DNA of 64,000 nt from the human T2T-CHM13v2.0 reference genome, Homo sapiens (GCF_009914755.1 NC_060938.1); one strand, 5' to 3'. Positions 1 through 14,212 are shown, counted from the stretch's first letter. Made by a program: numbers and translations. Notes: a model not told the origin generated them from the sequence alone.

Positions 1-1109
1 TTGCTATTCTCCCCCCTCCTTCTTTCCTGTCCTCACTTGATGGTGATAGAGGACAGGCCAAACTTTTGACATAAATGTGAAGCAAAAATGTGTTCTTAAA
101 TACACCCTTTAAAGACATTCCAGTGGTAAGTGCAATCACATTGTGGTAAAAACCCCTTTCTCAACAGTTTCTAATTTATTTAATAGCAATTGGCATGCTC
201 GCCTCTCTTCCCTTCCACCCCTTGCCGCTCCACCTCTGCTCTGGAGTCCTGATTCTTTTCAAACTGGTTTGCCACAGAGAGAGATACAAACATTTTGGGC
301 TCAAATAAAACTGAGAAAGGTGGTGGAAAGTGCTCAGCTGTGAATTCTTTGAATCTTATAATAGGAATCAGATGAGCAAGTGACATCACTATGGCTCAGT
401 CACGGCTTTGGCAAAAATCTGTTTTTAATTTTTGAGTTGCCTAGAAGCAAAAATAATATTTAAGTGAAATGGGGTATAACTTCAGTGTGTTAGCTGGTAC
501 CAGGTAAGTCAGCCATTTTATCACTTTAAATATCTAAAAACACTCATGTACCTTTAATGAAACACTGGAATTTAGAGCAGTGAACAGGACACTGGGACAT
601 CAAAACAAATAGAGAAGAAGACTTCACGTCCCCATCACACAGGTGCTCCAAGGGGTCATGACCACAGTTTGCTTCTTACATAGTAGCCTTTAGAAGACAG
701 GAGCACAAGCATAGACACTTCTATTTTTCTCCAAATATCATCTCCAAATGAGCTACAGGAACCTCTCTTTCCTGGTTTTTGTTTTTATTATTGTCAGTTT
801 CTCAGGTCGATCTCATAGTTTTTCTTCATCGTTGAGCTACTAAAAGTCCTGTCTAGTCAAATTCAATATTCACATCTTCAGCCTGGCTGTTCATGCCTAA
901 GGCTACCATTGTCTTGGAGCCAAACATGAGTGTTTTTAAGCAAGCTCTTGGTTGAGACTCCTTATGACAGAGTTCCCCCAACCCAACTCACCCCTCAGTT
1001 CCTGTTCTTCAGTGTGATCCCCCACAGCCTTTTGGTGATATAGTCCCATCACCAGATAGCCAGCTTTGTGGGTGAGTTAGCAGCCAGGGAACAAATGCTG
1101 GGCTATCTG

Positions 1110-1448
1110 TATCTTAGGCTGTTTGTGTTACAGCAATAGGACACTACAGACGAGGTAATGTATAAAGAAGAGAAATGTATTCCTCACAGTTCTGGAGGCT
1201 GAGAAGTTGACGATCTTGGCACCGGCATTTGGTTTGGTGTGGGCCTTCTTACTGTGCATGTTCTCACATGACAGAAGGCAGAAGCGTGAGCTAAGCTAAT
1301 GCTGTGTGAGGCCTCTTTTAAAAGAGCCTTAATCCCATTAACTAGGGAGCAGCTGTCATGCCCTAATCAACTGTTAAAGGCCCCATCTTTTAATAGTGTC
1401 ATACTGGCAACACCTGAAATTTGGAAGGAATCCATTCAAACCACATCA
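1110..1448 (-). mobile_element. ERVL-MaLR solo LTR, MLT1A-like
   Basis: MaLR motifs (ctcacagttctggaggctgagaagt, ttaatcccatt, aaaggccccatct); 5-bp TSD ATCTG at 1105-1109 and 1449-1453. Confidence 0.85.
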
Positions 1449-4434
1449 ATCTGCTATAGTGCACATTGAACCCCAGAGGATACTTAACTGTCTATACCAA
1501 ACAAAAGGTGGAAGGGTTGTTTGTTTCACCCCTGGACCCTGTCTGTGCTCAGGTATCTCCTTTCCAGATCTCTTTTCCCTAGATGAGGTAGATGCAGAAA
1601 AAATAAATAAATAAACAAGGTTACTACCTAAACTTATATCCAGTGTGGGAAGGAGATAGAACTCTTCCCTCTTCCCTTCTTGTAGAAACTCTCCATATTT
1701 AAAAGTGATTTTCTTGGTACCAGCCACACTAGATACAGGAGTAGTTAGCACCCTCCTCTCCAGGTATCAGAGAGGAAGACCTAGCACTCTTCAGTTTAAT
1801 GTCTCTCAAATCTGAAGTTTCTCTCTCTTCTTTCCATTCCCCTTATAGAGCCTGGGATGAGGCTAGAATAGGATTAGGGCAACAGAGCCTGTTCTTATCA
1901 AGCCTGAGGGAGGTGTACCACCCTCATTTGGGGCATCTCCCTCTTTAGAATATAGGCTACTTTATGCCCACTTATCCTGGACTTTAAGTTTAGTCATCAA
2001 TTCCAGGACATCTAGAAAGGCATATTTTAAAATGACGTTGCAATAGCTTGTATTCCCTGCTATGCCCACTCCTATGAGAAGAGAAATTTTCAATAGTAGA
2101 ACCAACTAGAAATACTTTTAAGCTTTGCATGTTGAGTTGGTTTATAAAGACAAGGTGAACAAATGTGAAATTCTTTCTCACTGTATCATCCTCCCTCCTT
2201 AGTTTCTTTCTGCCTTAAGTATACTCCAAGTTCAAGAGAAAAATATTAATTTTACTGTTTGGTTGAAGTATTTCCCATTCTCCCTGAGTGCCTGCAGCAG
2301 TCCAAACATGAAAATAGTTGACCTTACTAACATGACACCAGGTGTTTTGAAAATTCAGTGAATGTTTATCAAATCCTCTGTTTATAGAAAAAATCAGATG
2401 ACTGAAGAATACAGGCTTATGAATTCATTTACTTGAGTGTGATTAAGATGACAACGGCAAAAAGTAACTTGTAAGCATGAAAATAGAGATACTCTTTCCT
2501 CCAAAGAGTTGAAAGCTTTATGACAGCTATTATTATGTTGGCACTCTCAGCTTCCTATGGAATACTTTATTTGAGATAAGTGCTATTCATTTTCATATTT
2601 CATGGATTTGAAATTTGACAAATTGATGTACACAGTGGCTTATTCTTGTGCTCATAATCTCAGTGGTGAAGGCAGCCAAATCCAGGACTTGCTTGGAATC
2701 TCAGGATGGGAAGGCTGTAGCTGTGTGAACTCTGCCTAACGCTGGGTATCTTGATCTCCTTCTGTGTCTGCTCTTGCTTAAAATCAGATTCCTTTATCCT
2801 AGAGAGACCTGGCACATTTAAGAACCTCAAATTGCATGGAAATAATTGAGGCTGGCTTATTGCGATCAGTCCTATCACATCCAACTCTTACGAGGTTGGT
2901 GAGCTCTGTGAAATAACACCACTGAGTCCTAGACACTGTGATTATCTGTACGAATGGTTAGTTGACTGTGTCACTCCAAACCTCAAAAACGTATAATGCT
3001 ACTTTCATTCAAGTCATATGTGTTCATAAGTCTTCAAAATAGTATAAAGTTACCGTGAAAGTCAAAGTTGTGCGCAAGCTTCACATTCTACCCATTACAA
3101 ACTGTACCCAGGAATTCTTCACCTGTAGGTGCAAGTTCTTCTGAAGACAGCACCCTGCACTTTTCTCATCTTGTTTGTAAGAAGTGATATTGAAATAAAT
3201 CATACCTCAAACACAGAAGTAAGTTTTGACAGGACACAGATTTGTCTTCTGCCAGATTTATTTTTAGAATTTTTTAAAAACTTGTTTTCTGAGAAAAAAA
3301 AAAAAAGCAGCTGAATATACAACAGGTAATAGAGCTGTAACACTTTCCAAACAAGGAGGAAAAGTGTCTTTAAGTAACGGGACTAACAGAACTATACACA
3401 AACATGTTTATACAGACACATTCATGCATATGCTGATAAATGAATTTTTTTTTTCTTTTTAGCACTGGAGTAGAATTTAGCCAATACTTTAAAAACATTA
3501 TCTTTGCTTTCAAAATTTTTATTTCAAAACACAAAAGAGCATAATGCTATCTGGTAAGAATAAATTTGGAATACTCTTTTTTTCTATAGCCCATGTCTCT
3601 CAATTCCCCACGTTCCATCTTAGTAAACATAAATAGATCCTACATTTTTGCAGTTTCATCACATGTCCCACTGTGAAACTCAACTTGCAGACACCTGATG
3701 ATGAGAACTGAATCCATTTTCTTTGCTCTTGGTTCCGGTTCTCCTGGTAACCTAAATGCTGGGGAAGAAGTTGCTCTGTACTGATCAAGCCAGTATTCTA
3801 TTCAGAGTCGAACAAATTGTCTTTCTTGCTGGTGCTGATTCCTTCAACAATCTCTGGAAGTTGTCAAGGACGAAGAGGGTCAAGAATAGCTTTCCCATTT
3901 TAAGCTACATGACAAAACAGCATAAAGTTTCAGCAAGTCTGTATGAAGTTTATTCCTGTCATTGGTGCAATCAAATCAAATCTGTTCAGCAGAAGTCAAA
4001 TGTATTGCCTTCATTCTTCTTTAAAATTCAGGAATTAGAGAGCCATCTACTGGTCTTATCTTCTTCCTAAGTGGTTTTCCAAAATAGCTAGGGGACTATT
4101 CCTAAGTAATTGAATCATAGGTCAAAACTTTAAGCCACCCCTCCCCCACCAAATTACATTTTCCATTATATTTGGGGAAAAGAAGTAAACATTCTTCTCT
4201 TCTGAGATTGCAGAGTAAAACAAAGGTATCGTTTCTATTGGGCAAATTACAGAAAATGAAGATTATGCTATAAAAGTACAGTGAAATACTAATTTATATT
4301 AACCAGTTATTAATCAGCACACAGTTACAGAAAATATGTTACATATTTAGGGTTTTTCTTCAAGAATAATTATAAGACATGCTAACTCCTGTCAGAGAAC
4401 TTATATTCTAATTTTAAATAAAAAATACAACACT

Positions 4435-4650
4435 GAGTGGAGAATGCATTGTTTTGGCATCAAAGAAAGTGTTCAGACTTGGCTAAAACATCTGAGTTTA
4501 AATGTTGCATATCCCACAAATTAACCCGATAATTTGAGGCAGATGAATCATCGTCAGCTTTTCTGCCTGGAAATTGAGGAATATAATATCTGCTTTACCA
4601 ACTTATCATTGCTACTACACTGTAAATCATGAAAAGTTATATGTATGCAG
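4435..4650 (+). mobile_element. Highly diverged MIR-type SINE
   Basis: Weak match to MIR core (tcagcttttctgcctggaaattgaggaatataatatctgc). Confidence 0.4.
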
Positions 4651-5922
4651 GATATAAAATGCTAAAATCATTAAGTCTAATGAGATGCATGAGAAGCAGA
4701 AATCTAAACATGCAGGAGAAGTAATGAAGGCCACAGTAGTTAGGGGTGGTGTTATAAAGAGGTATGAATGACAGATAATGTGTCCACAGGTGAAAGGGAG
4801 GTAGGTGGGCACTTGATAATGTACTTAAGTAATTTAAACATAGGACACATCAATCTGGGGGGAAAAACACATTAACAAGTATGATTTCCCTATGGCTAGT
4901 AGCTTTTAGTATATATTATAATGCTTCAAGGATGAGAGAGAGTATGAACTAAGTTTAAATTTAATCTCTGGCTAGAGGAACACAGGTTTTAAAAAATCAT
5001 CAAGGGGGGAATGCAAAATCAAGTATCAAGTAAAATGAAAAATAGGAAGAGGGTGGAGATAAAGAGTTCCAAGGAGCATTAAGCTGACGAGGGAGACTTC
5101 AAGAAATATATATGTATGATGGAAAGAGTCAAATTAACCTTGAGAGCAGAAGTAAAAATAACATTAATGATTCAAATCTTTGTGATTTCTGGAGGTTTTG
5201 TATTAGCGTTAAACTCTAAGGTGAATATACTGATTACAGACATGTGGTAGTCTTCTATAACTACTAAGTAATGAAATCAACTCCTAAGAGAACATTGCTC
5301 CCTGCTTTCAAAGCCCACTGTAGATGAGAAATTTGCTATCTATCTATATCAAAAGGCCTGATATTCCTGAGAAGCTTCTTTGCAAAGGGAATTTAAAGCT
5401 AGTCTTAGCTTCAAGTAGTAAACAAAGATATGAATAGGTTTTCCTTGCATGTCTTCATTCAATAAAGCATACTGTATTTCCTCAAAATGTAATTAGAAGA
5501 AAGAAAAAAATCTGACACCAGTGTTTTCTTTTCGAGGATTGCATAATAAATAAGCAATATAGTTATTGCTAATTTTTGGAAAATGAAGGTAAATTCATAC
5601 TGGGTAATCTTGTGTATTTTCCAAAGCTTTTTATGTTTGAGTAAAAACTAAAAGCATGTATTCTCCTTCAGATTTCTATTTAAAAAAATCTTATTAACCA
5701 TAATTTATATTAATATTAGTGGAAATAATGGAAAATTTAGGGTGCTTAAATTCTTAAATTCTGTTTTTCATTTCATGGCACATTTATTTTATTTTGGATA
5801 AAACATTTAACCATCCACAGCCACTATATTTGTAACATGGAATTTAAATGTAAACCTCATTCTTTCTCACACGTACCATCTTTAAAGGTCCAATTTACAT
5901 GATACCTTATTCCTGAAGCAAG

Positions 5923-6107
5923 TTAATTCTCAAGACTGTAAAAGCCTGAAGGTAAAATTCACCACAGTTTCTAAAGCACATGCCATTTATTTATTGGATC
6001 ATTGCATTTACAATGAACTAAACTCTTGCTTATGTCTCTCTCTCTCTCTCTCTCTCCACCATTCCTTTCTCAGTTGCACTGCAAAATGTCTTTGGCACGT
6101 GAAAATG
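5923..6107 (+). repeat. Ancient local direct duplication, copy 1 (contains (TC)n at ~6035-6056)
   Basis: Collinear blocks shared with 7471-7642: actgtaaaagcct, aaattcacca, gatcattgc, ccattcctttctc, actgcaaaatgtct, tggcac. Confidence 0.8.
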
Positions 6108-6459
6108 TATTTCATCTCTGCAATGAAAATCACTTTTTCCTTCTGAAGCCCTAGATGTTTTAATGGGTTCCTCACTTAGGATATTTGTATTCCACTTTTA
6201 TTTTAATTATTTTTGTCATTGTTAGTGGATCCTAGCAGAAAATGTTGCTCAAAATAGGTGTCACTCTCTGGGAGGAGTCAATGGATTGATGGATTACTAC
6301 CCTCTGCCTCCCAATACAAATACACACGCATAGCTCTTAGCCCATATCAGGGATGTAACAGAAATAAGAACAAGGCACACCACCCAGAAGGAGTTTTGCT
6401 GTAGGCCACATATTCCAGGAATGGAGTCATTGTAGCTGACTAAAGGTCTAAAAACTGGA

Positions 6460-6665
6460 CAGTTTTTGCCAAAATTAGCCAGACATCAGAATAACTGGGA
6501 GCTTTAAAAAAATTAAAGGTAATTTTAAAAAAGAACTTATCTAGGCCCTACCTCAGGAGTTCTGAATTATACTCCCCTAGGGTTGGGCTTCGTAAGTTGC
6601 ATTTGTATGAAATCCTTAGTGATTCTTATGCAATCATGCTGGAATTAGTGTCTGGAACACTGACT
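6460..6665. mobile_element. hAT-Charlie MITE, MER5-like
   Basis: acatcagaataactgggagcttt...ggccctacctcag..ttctga...gtgattcttatgca, typical MER5 motifs. Confidence 0.6.
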
Positions 6666-7164
6666 AGTCCAAGAAAAATTATCGAATTTGCTAAGTCCTA
6701 AGATACATGTTTAAATTAGTTTGAAGACGTTTATGCCTTCTACTCTCTAACCCAGCCAACTAGAGTTCTTTGCAATGGTTTAGGACTCAAATATGACTTA
6801 ATTCTTTGTTTGACTTCTTTTGCCTTATTTTGTATGTTTCTACATCCAGGACTACCTGGAGTGGAAGAAATTTTTGCAAGCAGAATTCTGGACACTGTGC
6901 TAGAATTTAGAACATCCTGCAAGATCTAAATTCCCCAGTCTCACCCAGTCTCCCCAGTACTTCTAGACTGTATAACCTGATACTAGTTTTGAAAATTAAA
7001 TTAATTTTAAAATAACTTTAGAATTTGAGGTATATATATCAAATCATATGTTAACACATTATAACAAGAAAAACCTGAATATGAACCCATAAATTATGCA
7101 GTATTTTATAGTCATAGAAACCTTTGTGAAACCACAAAATGTGTGTAGATTTTCATGTAAAATC

Positions 7165-7345
7165 ATTAGAGTTCAAATCACATCCCCATTAACTTATTTG
7201 CAATCAAGCACAAATTGTTTAATCTTTCTTAGACTCAGTTTTCTCATCTGTCAAATCGTGATAATTACACTCTCTACATCCTGAGTTTGTTCTGAGGACC
7301 ATATGGCATAATCCACGTAAAGCACCTAGTGTTCAGTAAGTTAGT
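7165..7345 (+). mobile_element. MIR SINE
   Basis: MIR core ctcagttttctcatctgtcaaat...gataat, then gtaaagcacctag. Confidence 0.75.
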
Positions 7346-7470
7346 TCTAAATACCTGCTAGTTAAGGGTATTTTAATATATTTATTACTATCATACTATT
7401 AGAAATTTAATAATAGGTACCCTTACCAGTTAGAGAAGTCAGGCTTATATCCTTAGTTTTGTTCATTAAA

Positions 7471-7642
7471 TTAATCTCCAGTACTGTAAAAGCCTTGGGT
7501 TGAAATTCACCAACAGTTTTTGAAACACATACAGTTGCTAGTTAGATCATTGCCTGCTGCAATAAATCCTTAAGCATGTGCCCCTCTTTTACTGCCATTC
7601 CTTTCTCCACTGTACTGCAAAATGTCTCTGGCACATGAAATG
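7471..7642 (+). repeat. Ancient local direct duplication, copy 2
   Basis: Collinear similarity to 5923-6107. Confidence 0.8.
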
Positions 7643-7670
7643 CACAGATACAAATTTGTAATGAGAGGCC

Positions 7671-9757
7671 TTTATTTTTTAATTGACAAAAATTGTATGT
7701 GTTTTTAGTATACAACTTGATATTTTGATATGTGGATACATAATGGAATGACTAAATATAAAGCTAATTAACATACACCTATCAGCTCACTTATGATACT
7801 TAAATATATTTTTTACTGGCTGACACCTCAACATTTTTCCCACCCCACCTCACCCCTCTAGTCCTCAGTATTTACCATTCTATGCTCCATTTCTATAAGT
7901 TTACTTTTTAAGATTCTACATATAAGTGAGATCATGCAATATTTTGCCTTTCTGTTCCTAGCTTATTTCACTTAGTATAATGTCCTCAAGATAACTAAAT
8001 GTTATTTCCTTGTGTACAAATACCACATTATCTTTATCCATTCATCTGTTAATGGAGACTTAGAGTAACTGAGTATCTTGGGTATTGTTAATAATGCTAC
8101 AATGAATGTGCAGCATTATCTTTTGCAAATATCTCTTTGAAACACTTCATTTCTTTTGAATTTATATTCAGAAATGGAGTTGCTGAATCATATGGTAGTT
8201 TTATTTTTATTTTTTGAGGAACCTCCATACTGTTTTTCATAATGGCTGTACTAATTTATGTTTCCACCAACAGTGTGGGGGAGTTCCACTTTCTTCACAT
8301 CCATGCAAAGGCTTGTCAATTTTTGTCTTTTTGATAGTAGCGATTCTAATAAGCATGAGTACTATTCCGTTGTGGCTTCATTTGCCTTTCCCGGATGATT
8401 GTCTTCGTTCATTTTGTGCTTCTATAACAGAATACCTGGAGCTTGGAATATATAAAGAAGAAAGGTTCATTTAGCTCATGGTTCTATAGGCTGGGAAGTT
8501 CAAGATTTGGTGGCTGCCTCTGGTGGCTTCTAGTGAGAATCTCATTCTGTGTCAAAACATGGTAGAAAAATGGAATGGAAACAAGGCACTTGGGGGGAAA
8601 AAGAGGGGCAAACATGAAAGGCAACTTTGTTTTATAACAACTTGCTCTCACAGAAACTAACCCATTACTGAGTAAACCAAACTAATCTCTCAAAAATGAC
8701 GTTAACTTATATTCATGACCTAATCACCTCTTAGAAGCACCACTTTTTAACACCACCACATATAAGACCAAGATTTAGCATGAGTTTTTCAGGGTAACAA
8801 ATTATATTAAACCATCACTGTGATGTTGAGCATTTTTCCTATACTGTTGGCCTTTTTAAAGTGTTTTTAAAGAAATATCTGTTTATGCTTTTTACCTATT
8901 TTTTAATCAGGATGTCTGTTTTCTTGCTATTGAGTTTCTTAAGTATTTTGGGTTTTAACCCATTATTAGATGTATTGCTTGCAAATAGTTTCTCTATTTT
9001 CATAGACTGTCTCTTTATTCTGTTGATTGTTTTCTTTCCTGTGCAGAAGCTTTGTAGTTTGATGCAATCCCATTTGTCTATTTTTTCTTTTGCTGTTTAT
9101 GCTTTTTAGGTCATATCCAAACATTCTTGGCCAACACTAATGTCAAAAAACGTTCCTCCTATGTTTTCTTCTGGTAGTTTTACAATTTTTGGTCTTATGT
9201 TTGATTCTTTAATCCATTTTTAATTGATTTGTGTATGTGGTATAATATAGGGTCTAATTTCATTCTTCTGCTTGTGGATATCCAGTTACCTCAGTACAAT
9301 TTATTGAACAGATGATCCTTTTCCCATTATGTGTTCTTAGCCATCTTTGTCTAAAATCAATTTAACATAAAAGGGTAGATGTATTTCTGGGCTCTGTATT
9401 CTGTTCCATTAATCTGTATATCTGTATTTGTGCCAGTACCATACTGTTTGGATTACTATAGCTCTGTAGTGGATTTTGAGATCAGATATTAAGATGTCTT
9501 GTTCTTTCAGATCAAGATTGCTTTGGCTATTTGAGGTTTTTGTGGTTTCATACAAATTTTAGGACTCTTTTTTTGTTTCTGTAAAAAAAAGTCATTGAAA
9601 TTTTGATAGGAGTTTTATTGAATTTGTAGATTGCTTTGGATATATGGACATTCTAGCAATATAAATGATTCCAATTCATAAACAAAAAATATCTATTTAT
9701 TTGTATCTTCTTCAATTTCTTTCATTGCTTTATAGTTTTCAGTGTGTAGATCTTTCA
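7671..9757 (-). mobile_element. 5'-truncated LINE-1, L1MA-type (3' UTR and end of ORF2), interrupted by an LTR
   Basis: Reverse L1 3' end (aattgacaaaaattgtat...aagctaattaacata), tataagtgagatcatgca, gtgcagaagctttgtagtttgatgcaatcccatttgtc, gattgctttggctatt. Confidence 0.9.
8400..8817 (-). mobile_element. ERVL-MaLR LTR (MSTC/MSTD-like) nested in L1MA
   Basis: tgtctt..attttgtgcttctataacagaatacct, gctcatggttct..aggctgggaagttcaaga, catgacctaatcacctctta; splits the L1 motif gatgat|tagtgatgttgagcattt. Confidence 0.8.
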
Positions 9758-11267
9758 GAGAATCTTGCTTCTTCTTATTCCATCTTTAAAAGAGGAAAAA
9801 TATCTGTCCAAAACTGCAGTGTTTTAATAGCAAAAAATATCTGTATAGAATCAGATAATTATGAGCACTGAATTAGATGCTGCTTTGAAATAAATTGATG
9901 ATAAACAAAACCTTCAAGGAAAAAATAAGATTAAGTATGTTGGTAATGTCCCAGACTTTTCTCTCCACCACCTGGCTAATTGTAATATCTGACTTCTTCA
10001 TTTTAATTGATGAAAAAATTGATATCTTAACCATGAGAAATGCAGTCTGTGTATCTCAGACTGTACCCAGTTTCTGTGTGTTCTATAGCTGTTACACCAA
10101 GCTGTAGGTTTTATATGTACATATTTATGCCTTTGAAAATATGCTCAGTATGTGCAGTTAAATGTTACTGGATTGGGTCAATATTCCATGTGATGTGCTA
10201 AGTATAGCTAAGCTGAGTCACCTGACAAGTCCCTGCAGTTAAGAATTTAATTTATAACACCTCCCAGTACAAAGAAATAAAAATAAAGTACCACTTACAT
10301 GACATTATATAGTATAACTTATGTATCTCAATTTCTCCAGCGGCTGAAGCTGTTGAGCCAGCTTCAGCTGGAGAGACAACTGGAGAGAAAGGCTTACATT
10401 TTCATAAGGGGAGAATCCAAAAATTTTCTTCTATGTTCTGTAATAAGGAGGCAAGAGTCCTATTCCCATTTAATTCAAGCAGTGATTTAAATGAATGTTT
10501 CTGTGTTTGTTATTGCCATAAATTTTAATCATACATGCACCTTTTAGTCTAAAATATAAAAGTGTTTCTTCAAACATAAGGTAAATCGCTCAGATTTGAA
10601 GAGTAAAACATTTTCAGTGATGTGGTAATTTATGCAAATGGAGGCTCAGTGGTCTTCTCAGGACAATTGGCAGGATTTAAGAGAGATAGAAGGACTTTTA
10701 GATGTGACTGTTTTACTAATTGAGGATGTGTCTGATGTGTCGGGGTCATCAGACTTTTAGCTGCATCTGATGTGATTGAATGAGTTTCTGTAGAAAATAT
10801 AAAATGCTAGACAAGGATTGAGGAGTGGAGAACACCTAGATTTATTCCCAGAGTCTACAAGCCTCCCTCTGGGTGACTTATGCAAGCTTATGTTCATATC
10901 TTTAATATGAGAGGCATGGAGAGAAGATAATAGAGAAAATAATAATAATAGTGATATGATGATACTAATACTTAACATTTATTCATAATTTTTATATGTA
11001 AACATTGTTTTATTACTCCATGTGATTTATGTTATTTAAAAAAAACACAATCTTTAAAGCAATAAGCATATTAAAGGCCCTCAGGGAATAGGGCCTGTAC
11101 AAAGGGGATTTTCAAGTGAAAGAATCTAAAATAAAGGGAGTCTATGACTAATCTCTGCTACATCTCCACCAAATAAAATCTTGCTATTTAGCAACTATGA
11201 GACCTGCTGCATTATCTGGCCTTCATCCATTCCTGCCCTGATCATTCACCATGCAAGATATTTACCT

Positions 11268-11725
11268 TGTGATTGTTCATTTTATGTCAACTTGAATGGA
11301 CCACAGGGTGCCCCGATTGAACACCGTTTTGTGGTGTGTCTGTGTGGGTGCTTTGGGATAACCTTAGCATTTGAATTAGTGGATTTAGTAATGCACATTG
11401 CCTTCTTCAATGTGGTGGGTATCATCCAATCTGTTGAGAACTTGAAGAATACAAGAGGCGGATGAAGGAGAAACTCACTTTTTCTTTTTTTTTTCCGTTT
11501 TACTGCGTGCACTGGGTCAGCTTATTTCCTCTTCTACCTTTGGACTGAAATTCATACCATTGACTCCCTGATTCTCAAGTCTCTGGACTCTGACTGAATT
11601 ACACCCGTGGCCACTGGCTTATTCCAGTTATGCAGCTTGCAGATGGCAGACTGTGGCACTCCTCAGTCTCCATAATCATGTGAGACAATTCCTCATTAAG
11701 TTTCTCTGGAGAACCATAACTAACA
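11268..11725 (+). mobile_element. ERVL solo LTR, MLT2 family
   Basis: tgtgattg..ttttatgtcaacttga, gggtatcatccaatctgttga, cagcttgcagatggcaga, tctctggagaacc. Confidence 0.85.
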
Positions 11726-11859
11726 TACTACACCTTCTTCCTTTTATTTTGTACAAAAGAATTTTATTATATATGTCACACAAAGTTTACATACCTATAA
11801 ATATTAGATACACCACGTCATTCTCAAAAAATGAATTGAAGAGGACACTAAACAAATTT

Positions 11860-12007
11860 GAAGTAGATAATATTGTTCTCCCCATTTCTCAGATTTCAGC
11901 ACTCAGACTTGGAGAGGATATGTAATTATCTCATGCTACACACTGGTGAATGGCAGACCAGGGACATGAAACCCAGGCTATCTAACCTCAAATCTGCCCC
12001 CTTTTAA
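11860..12007 (-). mobile_element. MIR SINE
   Basis: ccccatttctcagat...actcaga...gagagg, gaaacccaggctatctaac. Confidence 0.7.
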
Positions 12008-13869
12008 ACAGAAGACTGTGTTGAACACATTTTTCGCTTCTATCAGCCCCTTGAAAGGGGAAGGGCACCTAGACTGGCTGTTACCATTGCACTTGGGAAA
12101 GCTAATGATAAAGCTTGCAGAAGCTCTTCCAGCCCTAGGAAAATGAGCCAAACAACTATCTTATTTGAAGAGTTACAAAATGAATTGTTACAGGGAAACT
12201 TAGAGGTCAGTTGCTTACAGCCAATTTCCTTCTCCAAGGTTGTACCCACAGTTTTGGGCTCTGATATGTCACATTCCCTAGAATTGCTACCTCCTCTTAG
12301 GTACTCAATTGATGTTTAAAAGAAATCAATATGCAGTTTTAAGTCTCACTGACAAGGGAAGGTGGATTTTTGTTTCCCGATATATCAAGATAACTTGCTC
12401 CTGTAAAATTATTAAGTCTGTGTGACTTGTTGGCCAACCTGACTTCAAATAAAGTTATTTCAAAGGATAATAAAAGTCCTCCAAGCTCAGAAGACAAGGA
12501 AGACCTTAATTAAAATCAATGAAGAAAAAATCTGTAAAACAATTAAGCACTTAAGTTGACTCCTTTTAATTTGAGGTCTGAAGGTCTTCTTGGGAAATTC
12601 CTAAATCACTGAGATGATTTAATTTGGCTGCCTTGAATTAAGTCTGGTGAAATAGAAATGGTCTCTCAGATACTGTATAATGTATAATACTCAGAAGCAT
12701 TATAGGAGTAGTAAAAACCAAAGATACAAGAAAACATTTATTTAAAGAAACAGGTGCAGGAGTTAGTTGTCCTCTGGAATAGATTTTTACAGTGGAAATA
12801 TTTAATAGGCTGTTTATTTAAGAAAAATCCAGTTGGAGCCATTTTCTCTGAGACACAAATGGAAATTTAGTAGAAATTTTACCCTAAAAAAATCTATGAT
12901 TCCATCTCAAATTTTTTCTAGAATTCAGTGTTTATTGAAATAAATGTCAGTGAACAAGATAGAATCATTCTAGCATTTCTATTAAAACTGTTGTACAAAA
13001 TAGGTAAAGTGATGAATGACTGTGGAACTAGTTGTTTTGTTCTTTATTTTGATAGACATCTGTTGTTCCTACTGCCTAGTGTTGGTTGAATTTCCTTTAG
13101 GAAGTTACCTTTTTCCTTTTCTTTCCATAAGGTTTTGGGGCTAACCTTAGCTCCAGAAATATACATGTGATCCAAATCAAAGCCAACTTGACATTCTGTT
13201 TGCCAAGATCCGGTGTAGACATATGATTAAATTTGGTCTAAAATTAACACACAAGAGTCGAATCTGAGGCTTTGTATTGAAATTATTAGAGAAAATTCTC
13301 TTTTTAATTTTTTTTTTTTTCTGAAACCATGTCAGGTTCATACTTTGGGTGGATTCGAGCCTAGGAGAGTTTGAACTGAGTTTGCTAGGGTCATTATGTG
13401 AAGGAAAAAAAAAAAAAAAGAAAAGAAAAAAATGAAGAGATGCCAATTCCTGATGATATTGTTTGGACTCCAGGATCAAACTAATTCCCAAGCCTACACC
13501 TAAGCTTGGCGGGATTGCTACTGTTTCTGCCTAATACTACTTGATGTGGTTTTTCCATGTTTGCAAATAATCAAGTAAATATTTCTGAGAATCCTTATTT
13601 TATCTCACTTGAGTTTCAAACGGGTGATAACCATTTTATGAAGTAAATGTACACATTTACTTTAGGTTTCTTTCTTAGGAAGTAATGAATTCTCATTATT
13701 TAAGAAAGATTTCCTGGTGAGTAGCATTTTTTAACTCCTAAAGGAAGATATTTAATCTATTTAAAGAGTTTTCTCATTTACCCTCAAATTTGAATACCTG
13801 TAACGACTGAATAGATCTGCATAGAATTCAGCTCATCCCATTTATGAGGCCCTGTCTTTTCCGAAAGGA

Positions 13870-14212
13870 TGATATAGACTGCAGGCTTGTATTTCCATTG
13901 AACTCATATGCTGAACCTCTAATTCTTAATGTGATGGTACTTGAAGATGGGGATTTGGGGAGATAATTAGGTCATGAGGATGAAGCCCTCATGGTGGCAT
14001 TAGTGATCTTATAAGAAAGAGACAAAAGAGAGCCTGCTTCCTTTCCTGCTGTCTACCAGTTGAGAAAACCAGGGAGAGGTCACTCGCCAGAACCCAATTG
14101 AGTTGACATTCTGACCTCAGACTTCCCAACCTCTAGAACTGTGAAAAACAACTGTTGTTTAAGTTACCTAGGACGTGGTATCTTTTAATAGCAACTTCAA
14201 ATGACCAAGACA
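13870..14212 (+). mobile_element. ERVL-MaLR solo LTR, MLT1A/MLT1A0-like
   Basis: aatgtgatggtacttgaagatgggg, aattaggtcatgagg, gacttcccaacctctagaactgtga, 3' end gaccaagaca. Confidence 0.85.

Noticed and set aside
3600-4070. Possible processed pseudogene or coding exon
   Set aside because: Minus-strand frames I translated are broken by stops and resemble no protein I recognise; no polyA/TSD pair
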